A stretch of 62,409 nt of DNA, filler included, from Sphacelaria rigidula (Eukaryota), in the NCBI GenBank assembly GCA_964200075.2. It is 5 parts of 5 records of this genome, joined end to end, with 100 filler letters (N's around TTAATTAATTAA, not from the genome) between each part and the next. Parts side by side here need not be neighbours in the genome. Positions count along the whole stretch, not along the records: positions 1 to 12,403 come from CAXNAA020003810.1; positions 12,504 to 24,906 come from CAXNAA020003811.1; 3 more parts are not named here. The stretch is one strand, 5' to 3'. The notes beneath the pieces were generated by a model. The model had not been told where the DNA came from, did not search any database, and worked only from the letters and a program-made list of their open reading frames with translations. The position numbers and the translations under genes were made by a program. How positions within the stretch are numbered: the first letter of the stretch is position 1; each line of letters begins with the position of its first letter. Shown here in pieces: positions 11,491 through 22,900 of the stretch.

Positions 11491-12180
11491 GACTTTTTCT
11501 ATCTCGTGCTGCAAGCCGAAATCAAATCACAATCTAGAGCCGGTAATCCATCGCTCCGTTTGATCTCGTGGCCATGATGAGCAGTTGTTTACCCCCAAGA
11601 GTTGTGCAGCGCGCGGCGTTGCTATAGACACTAGCGTCCGCGTCAAGAGCCTTCAGGCATTTAGTCAAATACGGGGACCGTGACGGGGGAAGTTCGTGTA
11701 GTATAGGTGTGGCCCCCAGGTGACTTTTCTCCTTTGTACGTGATACGCGGGCGCTGCAATTGGGCTTAACACCGGCCGGCTGTGACGCGTTTCTTGTCTT
11801 TTTTAAAGGTCTTCCTGAGCATACTAGATTGTTTTGGGAGTGACGCACCAAATATTACTAGACTGAGCCGTACGGTTACGTTACATGGGTGAGTCTACCA
11901 TTGGCATTTCTCAAACCGTAGCGTTTGTTGTGATACCCCTCGCAGATGATTCAGCTCTGCGCCTAGTTTGTTTGGGGCGCTCTAGCATTTTCGGTCCCAT
12001 AGAAGTAAGCGTTGGTGAGTCAAGTAGACATGGAATATGCAGTGATCTTGTCCACATAGCATCGTTGTTTATAGAGCAGCATCCGAGCAACACAGCTCAG
12101 GCGCTGCCATGGTGTGACCGTATACAATCTCGGGTCCCAAATAATCGGAGGTTGGCAAGGAATGTAGAAGGCACTGAAAC

Positions 12181-12403
12181 CGGTCGCCCCGGTGGCTCAG
12201 TTGGTAACCTCGTAACCTTGACGGTTGAGTTGAGGGGTTCGATTCCCGGAACGATCTGGGATTTTTTCTTACACCATGCTCAACACTGGAGAGCGACTAT
12301 GTCGTGGGTGCACAAATGCGACTTAACGGTCGACGAGGGAAAGGGACTGCTGAACCCCTCTCGCGATAAAAAATAAAAAGACAAGTACCGCAGAAGGAAG
12401 GTA
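12181..12403 (+). mobile_element. tRNA-derived SINE, copy 1 (cut by contig end)
   Basis: Pol III A box TGGCTCAGTTGG and B box GGTTCGATTCC, followed by a non-tRNA body that matches 36905-37150. Confidence 0.85.
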
Positions 12404-12503
12404 NNNNNNNNNNNNNNNNNNNNNNNNNNNNNNNNNNNNNNNNNNNNTTAATTAATTAANNNNNNNNNNNNNNNNNNNNNNNNNNNNNNNNNNNNNNNNN
12501 NNN
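12404..12503. other. Artificial contig spacer (N44-TTAATTAATTAA-N44)
   Basis: The same 100-bp spacer with a six-frame stop linker recurs four times. The segments between spacers are 12403, 12403, 12402, 12402 and 12399 bp, consistent with size-sorted contigs. Confidence 0.98.
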
Positions 12504-12504
12504 C

Positions 12505-15500
12505 GATTCATTCACTGATTGGCCGCTTTTCACTCTCAATCGTATCATCTACTCTCAATCTCACGAGAACACTGTTCTTAGTGATGATATGTGTCAAACA
12601 TACGTTCGCAATAGTATCGCTCAGCAATTTCCGACGCTAATGCCGTCTTTGTTTCCGGGCGCTTTGACGCACAAAGAGGTGCCTTACGCCTCCGTAGACG
12701 CGATGTGGAATGCGCTTGTAGATCAGGAACATAATTTGACGCCTGCCATTCGTGGCGCACAGTGTTTTTCTGGGTCTTCGCAGACCTTGCGTGCCGCACC
12801 AACGAGTACCTCCGGGCTTCGTGGACGCACTCAGACTTTCTCATATAATACTTGGACACCAAACTCTGTCGGTGGATCGGCCATGCCTGTTTGTAACAAA
12901 AGAGACCCGTTCCGTGCAAGCTTTGATGCTCGGCCTTTTTCGGCAGACACTTTTGATGACGTTTATGTCGTTTCCACGACTGCTTTAATCACCGATGACC
13001 CACATTTGTGGACCCCCTTGCTTTCGCCTTCGGCTCGCAGGGATGCTTTTCGTCGCCATGCTAACACATGCATTAACTGCAATGGTACCGGCCACAGTAT
13101 GCGAGATTGCGCTGAACCTTGCATCAATATTTTTTAGCTCATGAACCCTGAACTTCAAAGCAACAGGCAGGCGTGGCGCCGATGGCAAAAACGCATGCGC
13201 GAGTATACTCCACCTTCTCGCCACCCTCGCCAGCCTTACCAAAATAATAGCGACTCTCGCTCAAATCGCGACCGCCGCCACACCACTAACACAATCTCAG
13301 GTCCTCGCCATAGAGATAGTGTTTACCGCCCTTCTCAGTCTTCGCGTGGTCATCACCAGCGAACAGGGCCGACTCACAACAACACCAACCCCGATGCCAG
13401 AAACCCTGGTTCTTTCATGATGGATCGCAACGACCCATGACACGCCGACGACGGCGTGAAGTCTTCGGCGCCGCCAATAGCAGACTCGAAGACTCATCCA
13501 ACACACAACACCGCTCGGGTAACAAAACGTTCTCACCCATCACTATTCAGGAGATTTAATGACGGCCGCTCTTCTCGACCCCCGTCTTTATGTTCATCTA
13601 CGCAGCGTAACCGTTGTGTTGACTCACAACCCAGCTGTATGCTTGGCACCAGAATTGGTCCTCCGGAACTAGGTATAAATCTGAGGTATGGGAAGACCGA
13701 CCGCGGATCCTTGAGGCACAGGCTTCCCTCAACAACCGCACGCACCGGTTGTAGCAGGCTTCCTTCACCTAGTTCTGGCGTTGATAGTTCGAAACTGACC
13801 GCTTCAAACCTTTCGACTCCCACCCGGCCTGATCGTAGTCCTTTTTCGCGCCACTCTTCTGCTGCGAAACTACCCCGACATACAGCGGACAACACTCGTC
13901 CTCTTTCACATTTAGCAGTGCCCTTTGTACCGAGCTTGCCAGCGGACAGTCCACAAGTTTCGGCCGAGCATGCCCCGATGTTGACAACATCACCTCAACT
14001 GGGCGCAGTTGCAGTTTCTCAAGAAGTCTTGAAAGTTCCCAGTCATTTGTCATGGCACGAAAGGAAGTCTCGTCGTCATGCCCTCACGGAAGCGCGAGCA
14101 TTGACACGTCCCCCTCCCGTCAGAGGAAAATTCCGACCTCATTCTTCCCAAAAAGCGGCGACTTTGAGCTCGATGACATTGCCAGGCATCCTAGAGGAAT
14201 CCAAATCGGACCTTTCAGACGGTACCGCACCCTCCACCGATTACCCCTGTCACACTTCGCAGCAATCTCTATTCAACAATGATCCATGTTCTTCCAAGCC
14301 AGTGGTCTACGAGATTGATCAAAATCATTATTCATGCTGCTCTTCACGATCGGATCCGACCCCCACGATGTCTACCGATACCTTCGAACCCCCCGCGGAT
14401 CACCCGCCATCCGTTTTCACGGTCAGTCCAACTACTCCTGACCAATTCACCTTATCTGAACATGGCTCTGACCTTGTTGGTGGTAAGGTATCCGTTGATC
14501 CTGCCACCTTCACTACCCGCGTAGCATTACACTGCGGCCCTTACGCCACCGCGCGTGCCAAGTGCGTCTCGTTGTCAGATAGCTGAAGTCCACAGACATT
14601 CATCAAAGAATCCATGTGGAATCATCTGAAGCAGACTAGCGCTGCTTCCGATGTCTGCGAAATAACTACCCAACCTCGCGTTTGGGGCGGTTTCGGCGAC
14701 TCAAATTCACCCTTGACGACACGAAAATCTGTTCGTCTTAGTGTGCAGTTTTTCCAGCACGATACACGTTCGGCAAGTCTCGCAGTCCGGGCGTACATCG
14801 TCCCTGATAGCACCATGCATAATGCTCTCCTTCTTGGCAGATAGCTACATGCGGTTCGACCAACGTACGTACCGCACCCTCCTACCATTATCGCCTCAGT
14901 CGGGGCCTCGTGGAGAGCTCCAACTGGAACACTTTGGTTCCCTCAATGGTGCCTTAGCCTACAAAAAGAATGAGCAGGCTTCTGGAGCGGCTTACCATCT
15001 TCGGTACAATGGCAGTTCCGGCGTCACCCTTCCTGACGAGCCTCAACTCTTGGAAGTTTCGCTTGTTCGCCGCAACGGCATGCCTGCCCTCACCGGCCAC
15101 TACCTTGCGGAATTACTGCCCAAAGTCGGTGCGCCCGCTGGCACTGAGCATTTTGTCTCGGACGGCGACCAACTCCTGCCTCTCACAGGCCATGCTAAGC
15201 TCCTGCTAAATTGGAACCTGGCGATGTCTTGGGCATCGCCGCGGCTCCTCTTATGCACATTCCTCTGGAAACCTGTGTCGCCGACCCTCCGGCGCCTGCT
15301 CTTACGCCGCCGACTGACGGTTTTGTCCACTGCGTCCATGAGCCATACTTCGATCTCTCCGCCCCATCGCCGACTCAGATTTCTGCGGTGGAATCCGACA
15401 GACCCCCTGCTAAACCTCCTGATGAAGTGCTTCAACGCTTGTCAGTCGATTCTCGGGAACAATTCTTGCAAATGTGGCACCAACTTCCCCCTCATTTACG

Positions 15501-18500
15501 TGATATCCATTTTGACCTACATGATCCGGGCTGGGAGCCCGCCGTCATCCAAGAGCTACAAGATGTTCTCCTGGAATATCAGGACAGATTTTCGCTATCC
15601 AAGACGGATCTCGGGCATTGAAAAACATTGCCATTCGAGATAACACTGCAACCTGGCGTTTCGCCAATCTCATCTCGACCATATCGAACGAATCCCCTCC
15701 TCACCAAAAAAGTCAATGCTATTTTGGATCCCTACTTAGGAGCTGGTCTGATTCAACACTCGTCTTCGCCATGGGCCTCACCCCTCGTGTTCGTCCCCAA
15801 AAAAGATGGCAATACACGCATCACCGTGTACTACAAACGGCTGAACCGCGTCACTGTCGTGGGAAAACTCCCCATACCTCGCATCGACGAAGTCTTCGAC
15901 TCTCTTGGCGAAGGAAAAATATTCAGCACTTTCGATCTGGCATCTGGATTTTTCCAAAATGCAATTCACCCCGATATAGTTCCCTTGACAGCGTTCTGTA
16001 CATCTTCAGGGCTTTTTGAATGGCTTCGTATGCCACAAGGCGCTGCCACCGCACCTGGCTGCTTTCAACGCCTCATGCAACGCGTTACTGACGGTCTCGA
16101 GCATGTTATCATGTATCTAGACGATGCTATCGCTTTTGATGCCTCCCCCAAGGCGCATGTTCGCACTCTACGGGAATTTCTCTCCCGCTTGCGTACACAC
16201 GACTTGAAATTGTCTCCATCCAAAGCTCGACTCGGAGCCACTGAATTGGATTTCTTGGGACACTCTATCTCTTCTGCTGGATTGCACCCAGACACGAGCA
16301 AGGTCAAACCTATTACTGATATGCCCATGCCCACCCATATTTCCCAGCTTCGCTCGCTGTTAGGTGGACTTTCCTACTATCGCAAATTTTTGCCCAACTT
16401 GTCCAAGCGGATCCGGTCCATCATAGATTTACTGAAGAAAAACGTCCCGTTTGTCTTCACTAAAGACATGGAGGCCACAATCTGCGAACTACTCAAAACG
16501 ATGACCGAAAAAACGGTTCTTTGTTTTCCGGATTGGGATGCGGTACAAGACGGCTCACGTCTTTTCCAACTACACACCGATGCTAGCACCGATGGGTTTG
16601 GCGCCGTTTTGAACCAGCCTCAAGTGGATGGCTCTGTCCGACCTATTTTGTACATCAGCCGCGCAACCCTCCCAAACGAGGCAAACTAGAGTCCACTCGA
16701 ACTCGAAGGTGGAGTCATAACTTGGGCTATTAAAAGGCTTCGACAGTACTTGTTCCACGTGCCTTTTCACATCTATACAGAGCACGGAGCTGTTGAACAA
16801 CTCGCTAAGGTTGGAGAACATAACCCCCGCGTACAACGGTGGTTGGAGTTCTTGACTGCCCACCAGTACACTGTTAAACACCGTCCGGGCAAAACCAACG
16901 GCAATGCTGACCTCCTTTCGCGATTGCCTCTACCTCCTACAGCGGTAGATTTTAGTCCCTCTTGCCGCTTGACTGAACCTGACGAACCAGGCGTTTACCC
17001 CATTCGGCGTTTTTCTACGCCCATCTACGCACTCGACCTACAATGCCCCCAAACAGGTCTGCACATGGATGGCCCCCGCCCTCTGCCCCCTGATACAGTC
17101 TTGGATGGGTTAGCGCCCACGGCTGCTGATTTTGCCGACTTCCGCACTTTCGGCCCTCGCGCGAACATCTCGGCGCCGCCACCACCAACTATTCACTTCA
17201 TCTCCGACAACACGCGCTCTCGGTCGGCAGCTCGTGCTAATTCTTCGCGGGCTGTGATGCCACCACCGTCGCCGGCCGCTCGTAGTAATGCGTCGCCGCC
17301 GCCGCATCGTGCCCCCACGGGCCGTACCACGCCTCCAACCACCGACCGTATGCCCAGTGTTATACCAACACCGCCCGCGCCCCTTGTGCGCCCCACGCGC
17401 CGCTCGTGTTCACCAGTTCGCGCTACACCCACGCCTTCTTTTGGGAATTTCCAAGCACCTGCGCCTCTGACTCGCAATACACATGCGTCCGATCCACTCC
17501 CGGGTCAACCCGTTGACGTCGGCATATCTGCTTCTTCGCCTGTGCCATCCCCTCCTGAGCCACCGTGCCTGGTCGACTCTCCGACTAAAGGCCAACTTCG
17601 GGAATTTCTCGCTAGCTACTCTCACCGCGATTGGGCTCGCGACCAACAACAGGAACCGCTCTGCCGTGCGACAATGCGGTACTTGCGGCTTAACTGCCCC
17701 ACCCCTTTCCCGGCTGAGATCCTGACTCCCGTAGGCACTCTACCCGCCCCCGCCGCCTCTGATGTGCTCGAGCAGGCACGCGAAGGTACCCTCTTCACGA
17801 CTGACGAGGACGTTCATCTGCTTGTTCGCCGATCCAACTCCCAAGTGGGCACGGCTGCCGCAGTAAAAACTGCCACTTCGGCACATATGCGCCATGACGC
17901 CCCAGTTCGCATCTACGTCCCATCATGATGCGTCCGTGGGTCATGAAAGGCTGTCCCTCTGGTTTGTCCTGCCACTTAGGCGTCACGCGCACGTCAGCGC
18001 TCCTTGAACGTTTTTATTGGTGGATTGGCATGGTAGCATCCACGCGTTTTTGGGTCCACCGATGTTTCATATGTCAGGCTCGCAAAACCTCTCGACAGAC
18101 TGTGCGGTGGCCGGTGATTTCCATGGCGCTTCCAAACGCTCCTAGTCACTTCGTATCGTTCGACTAATTCGGCCCTTTACCCTCAACTGACCGTGGTAAT
18201 ACCTACATTCTACTCTTCACCGACCGCTTCAGCCGTCACGCGGCTATGTATGCTGTTCCTGTTAGCGATTTCACTGCTGCCGGCACAGCGGACGTTCTCA
18301 TCCATGACTACATTAAGCACTAGGGCTGCCCGAAACGGCTCCTCTCCGACAATGGTCAACAATTTTGCTCCGAACTCTCGGATGCTTTGTACAAGCTCCT
18401 CGGCATTCGCAAAATTGCCACGAGCGCCCACCACCCTAACGGTAACAGTGGGACTGAACGTGTGAACCACACCATGGCTCAAATGCTATACATGGTCGTC

Positions 18501-19780
18501 AACGACCGACAAAATGATTGGGACCTTCATCTCTCGCATGTCATGTTGTCTTACAACAATTCAGTTAACGCGGCTACGGGCCTCTCGCCCAACGAGCTGC
18601 ATCTTAGACGCTACCCTCGTCTGCCCATCACCGTTCTCGAACGACATACCTTCGATGGTCAACAAGGTCTGGAACAGGATCAGATGTCGCACCACGACCT
18701 CGACAGGCTCGTCAGCGCAAAGCTTTTACCTTGGTGCGCGAACAACACGCTATCAACGTCTCACGCCTTGAGAGATCCAATACCACCCTCTACAACTTGA
18801 TGTACAAACGCCCTGCTTGGAAGATCGGCGATTGGGTCTGGGTCTACAACAGCTTGTCCACCATCCGTCAAGGCGCTGACCGTACTGCCCAGGCAACAGT
18901 CTTGAAGACGAAACTGTTCCTCAATTGGACGGGTCCGTTCAAGATTCTCATAGTCGGACCCTCGCCGACATCTCCTGACGGCAAGCCCGTTGGCGACAAA
19001 CTCCTCTACCTCGACTTACCTCGTGACCTCCAGGGGCACGACGCTAAATCTCGCGTCTCTGTGCATCGTTGCAAGCCCTTCACGAACCCGCATGACACCA
19101 CGGACATGCCTCAATACCTGCCTGCAGGCCTCACCCAATACGTGCTCAACAGCTACTCAACAAAATCTCCACCGTACCACGTTATCACCGATGACGTCAC
19201 TGAACAACCTCTCCGCTTGGCCGTGTTCCACATTTCCGGCCACCAAATCACTCGAGGCCCTGGCGGCAAAGTTGCTGTCATGTACAAGACACACTGGCAA
19301 GGTCTTCGGCGTGCGTCTTGGGAACGACGCGAGTCCGACCTTCAACTGCACCGTCGTGCCATCCTTCTCTATTGGACACAATCCCCACAGCAACAGCTCG
19401 CTGACAACAAGGGATATCGCAACATGAGACGCGGCGCCGCAGCCCGCGAACTTCACCGCGACAAAGGACTACGTTTTGTAGCCGATGGTTACGAACTCGT
19501 ACCCACCAAACAATGGGACGAGAAGATTCGCGCAAAACAACAACCGCTCCCCAAAGGTGCCTACTTGTGGTATAAGGGCAGTGATTACCTCTGGTGGCTA
19601 GGTCAGATCCACTCCGTCGATGCCCTCGCGGTCGACACGTGCATCGTGCGTTTCCTCGACCACCCTGGCCCAGTTCAGCTCACGCTTCGCCCCGATTTTG
19701 ACACCACCAGCCCATCCGCACCCCGCGGTTCCTGGTGCCTACAACGCTTCAAGTCACACGGCTTACGCCGAGGTCTTTAG
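12505..19780 (+). pseudogene. gag-pol: G1 gag-pol with multiple stops and frameshifts
   Basis: Stops at 13135, 13438, 14584 (inside the DSGS protease motif), 16687, 18165 and 18321, plus several frameshifts. RT/RNase H ORF at 15628-16689; integrase C-terminus at 18731-19780. Confidence 0.92.
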
Positions 19781-20434
19781 CGCAATATCGATCGTACACA
19801 CGACATCAATGCGCCATCTTGAGTTCTATCTCTTCGCACTCCCTTTCTCGCAATTTGTATCTACCCTCCCAGTTTGGTTCTGGTACTTCCTTTGCCCCCC
19901 CTCAGGTACGCTCTACTCTTCACTGCTTTACCTACGCTGGCTCTCGTATCGCGGCTCATCACTGCCCTCATCAACCTCTTTAACGACTTCTTCTGGATCC
20001 CCTTCGCCCCCTTCCATTGGCCCCTACGCTGCCGCCGCTTTGTCTGGCTGGCACTCGACCCCATTCGGGTCCTTGAGTTTTGTCTCCTGCTTGAGACTAC
20101 CACTGTGTCCTTTGCGGGATTTTCCTTTGCTTTTTATCCAGCTAGCGCGTCAAAGCATTGTGTGCTTTTTCCGTTTGTTCGCTAGCTCACAGCTTCATTG
20201 TGTGCTCCTGCGCAGCCAACCGCAATTGCGTAATTGCGCTTTTTGAGGCACCTTTGGTTTTTCTTGTTTGAGGTGTGGGAGGATCGGGCACCAAGCTGGT
20301 CATTGCCCTCTTGTTTTTTTTCTTTTCCTTTTTCGCGGTGTCTCCTCATGACTTGATGGGTGAGACAAGCCTCAATTTTAGTTGCTCTGGAGATTTCATC
20401 GCAACTCAAATATAGGTTCGTCTGGGTGGGTGAG

Positions 20435-21014
20435 TGTCATGAGGAAGGAAGATAGAGAGGCGTTATTGGTACCCACAGACAACTTTGGGGCAGGTTGGCT
20501 TACAGATCATTCCATCTGTCCACGGGAATGCTCCCATAGTTCTGGGAAGATTAGTGTACAGACTGGTGTACCCTAGCTGAGGGAAGATTAGTGTACAGAC
20601 TGGCGTACCCTAGCTGGGGAAGAGTAGTGTACAGATTGGTGTGCCCTAGTCCCGGGGAGGCGAAACGCCTTCCCGGGCCGAGTTCAAAAATAGGTTTCTC
20701 TACCGTGCCTCATGCACCCTCGCTCACTCTTAAGCTACCCTTCGAGCCGGACCTTCTGCTCCTACTGTTACCTTTGGTGAGAACAGTGTGCTGGGCGATC
20801 AAGGGAATAGTCAGTGAGAGATTAAGAGATATCAAGCCTTTGAGCTCCCTTTTGTTTGGTTGCTACTGTAACCAACAGTCACGTGAATCTGCACGTGTGT
20901 ATCTGCAGCTTGTTTTACTCGGACACCTTGCGCGTTTATGCATCTATCCAAGCTTGCAGCACATAGATCATACCTAGGAGGGTGTGGAACCTGTCCCTAC
21001 CTCTCCGTATTACA
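20435..21014 (+). repeat. Probable 3' LTR of G1 containing a 36-37-bp tandem repeat x3 (20544-20655)
   Basis: Purine-rich GGGTGGGTGAG precedes TGTCA, and the segment ends ...TTACA. Repeat unit GGGAAGATTAGTGTACAGACTGGTGTACCCTAGCTG. No partner LTR in the contig. Confidence 0.6.
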
Positions 21015-21034
21015 GGTATGCGTGAACCAGCCTG

Positions 21035-22295
21035 TATAACAATTCAGTCAATGCCGCTACGGGATTGTCACCGAATGAAATTCATATTGGTCGCATGCCT
21101 AGGTTAGCTTTAACGGTATTCGAACGGAAAAATCAGGCGGACATTAGAGTCTGGATCGTGATGTTGTAGAGTATCATTTGTCGGTTAGCAATCGTCTTCG
21201 TCTTGCATATAAACTGGTACGAGAACAGAACCAAATCAATTTGGCTAAGGTGGCCAGGGCGAACTCGATTTTGGATGATGTAATACATAACCGCCCGGTG
21301 TGGAAGGTAGGCCAATGGGCATGGGTATATAACGATGTGAAGACCATCAATCAAGGGGCTAGCTCAAAATTATCCTCTTTGGACAAGGTGTTGAAGGCGA
21401 AACTATCCTTGAATTGGAGTGGTCCTTGGGAAATTTTAGCTGTTGGTCAAAGCGCTACCGCACCCGACAAGAGTCCGGTGGGAGCGAAACTTTTGTATTT
21501 GGATTTTCCCACGGATGAACCTGGTTTGAAACCGAAAAATCGCGTCTCGATGCTACGATGCAAACCGTGTATCCCCCCTCATGACTCCTCGGACATGCCC
21601 AAACAACTGCCGCTGGGGCTTAGCCAGTATGTGTTGACCAAGCATGCGATCAAAACTCCGCCGTATCATATGACGGTCGAGGATGCGGACGCACCCCTGA
21701 AACGCGTTGAGGTAGATAGGATTTCGGGCCAACAACTGGTTCGCGGTCGTGTTGGTAAGATAGCGGTAATGTAGCAACACACATTGGAAAGGTATCATGC
21801 GTGTTTCATGGGAGCGTGAAGTTGATTTGCGTCATTTTGGTCGGGAAATATTGCTGTACTGGGTAGGAGATGCCGTCCAACACCGCCCGGTGAATAAGAG
21901 ATATCGGTCGATGCACGAGGGAGCTGCCGCTCGGGAACTGGGACGTGAGCACTCAGCGCGGTTTGTTGTAAAAGACTATAGCCTTCTTTCGCATTCACAG
22001 TACATGCAGTCTTTTCACGGACAACGCTTGCCGAAGGGGGCATACTTTTGGTATAAGGCCTTGGATGTGGTGGTTAGGTAAGATTCATTTGATCGATCCT
22101 GCATCTGACGACTCCTACTTTATCCGCTTCCTCGATAACCCAAGCCCCGTCAAGATTCGCTTGGATGATGCCTACTACACCGAGGTGCCGACCGACCGCC
22201 GAGGATCCTGGTGCCTCCAACGACACGACCAAGGCGATCTCGACACAGCCGTTCTACGTAACACGGACACCGCTTGGGATGCAGAAGACTCATGA
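21035..22295 (+). pseudogene. Second, diverged Gypsy G2: integrase C-terminal fragment with chromo-like and Tudor-like tail
   Basis: YNNSVNAATGLSPNE, WKVGQWAWVYN, LNWSGPWEI, SWEREVDL, GAAAREL, WWLGKI, RGSWCLQ are collinear with G1. Frameshifts and stops are present. Confidence 0.92.
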
Positions 22296-22394
22296 TGCCA
22301 CATCCGAGTCTGCTTCCCCATTCACCTTGCGTAGTGTACCATGGTCGAGTCGCTTGTCTTGCGCCGTAGCGTCGTTGGAAAGCCATGTGTTCCC

Positions 22395-22900
22395 CCTCCC
22401 CCCCCCTTCCATTTTTTTTTCGTACTGATTAGCCCCGTGCTTGTAGTGGTTGTATTTCGTATTTCGTATTTCGTATTTTGTATTTTTTTCTTGTGTATGT
22501 GTGTGTTTTTTTGCTTTGGACCCTGACTTTGTGTTTGTTTTTCTTGGCTTTGCGTCATTTTGTTTCGATTTGTTCTTGTCTTTGTTTCTTCTTCCGTTTC
22601 TTTTCTTCTCTTTTCGCCTCGTGTTTTGTTTTCGATTTTTGTTTGTGTTAGATGAGTAATTTTCTTGGTTATTTCTGGGTTTATCTGGCAAAGTACAAGT
22701 AACGATCGTTCCATTCCTGAACCCGAGTCTGGAACCTTGAACCTCCGTCCTCCGCGCCGTACATTCACGGCCATTCCGTATACTGAAACGGTTGCCACGA
22801 GTTATTTTTTCTTTTTTTTCCATTTTTTTCTTTCTTTCTTTGTCGTACGCATCTTTTGTCTTGTTTTGTGTATTATGCTGTTTTTTTTGTTTGTTTTTTC
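22395..22900 (+). repeat. T-rich low-complexity tract with (TATTTCG)n in the G2 3' region
   Basis: Visible composition; it produces spurious K/N-rich antisense ORFs. Confidence 0.8.

Larger units (their letters stand above)
12504..21014 (+). mobile_element. Decayed Ty3/Gypsy LTR retrotransposon G1 (5' end outside contig)
   Basis: Domain order: gag zinc knuckle CINCNGTGHSMRDC, protease (DS*S), RT (YLDD), RNase H (LHTDAS), integrase (HHCC, DDE, GPF), chromo-like tail, PPT, LTR. Confidence 0.95.

Noticed and set aside
12181-12255. tRNA gene
   Set aside because: No convincing acceptor or anticodon stems, and similarity to a second copy extends ~150 bp beyond the tRNA-like head, so it is a SINE.
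12404-12503. TTAATTAATTAA palindrome within N runs as a biological site, and gene neighbourhoods across spacers
   Set aside because: It is an artificial linker repeated four times. Contigs on either side are not known to be adjacent, so no cross-contig synteny is claimed.
20544-20655. 36-37-bp repeats of CRISPR-repeat length
   Set aside because: Head-to-tail tandem copies without spacers, inside an LTR.
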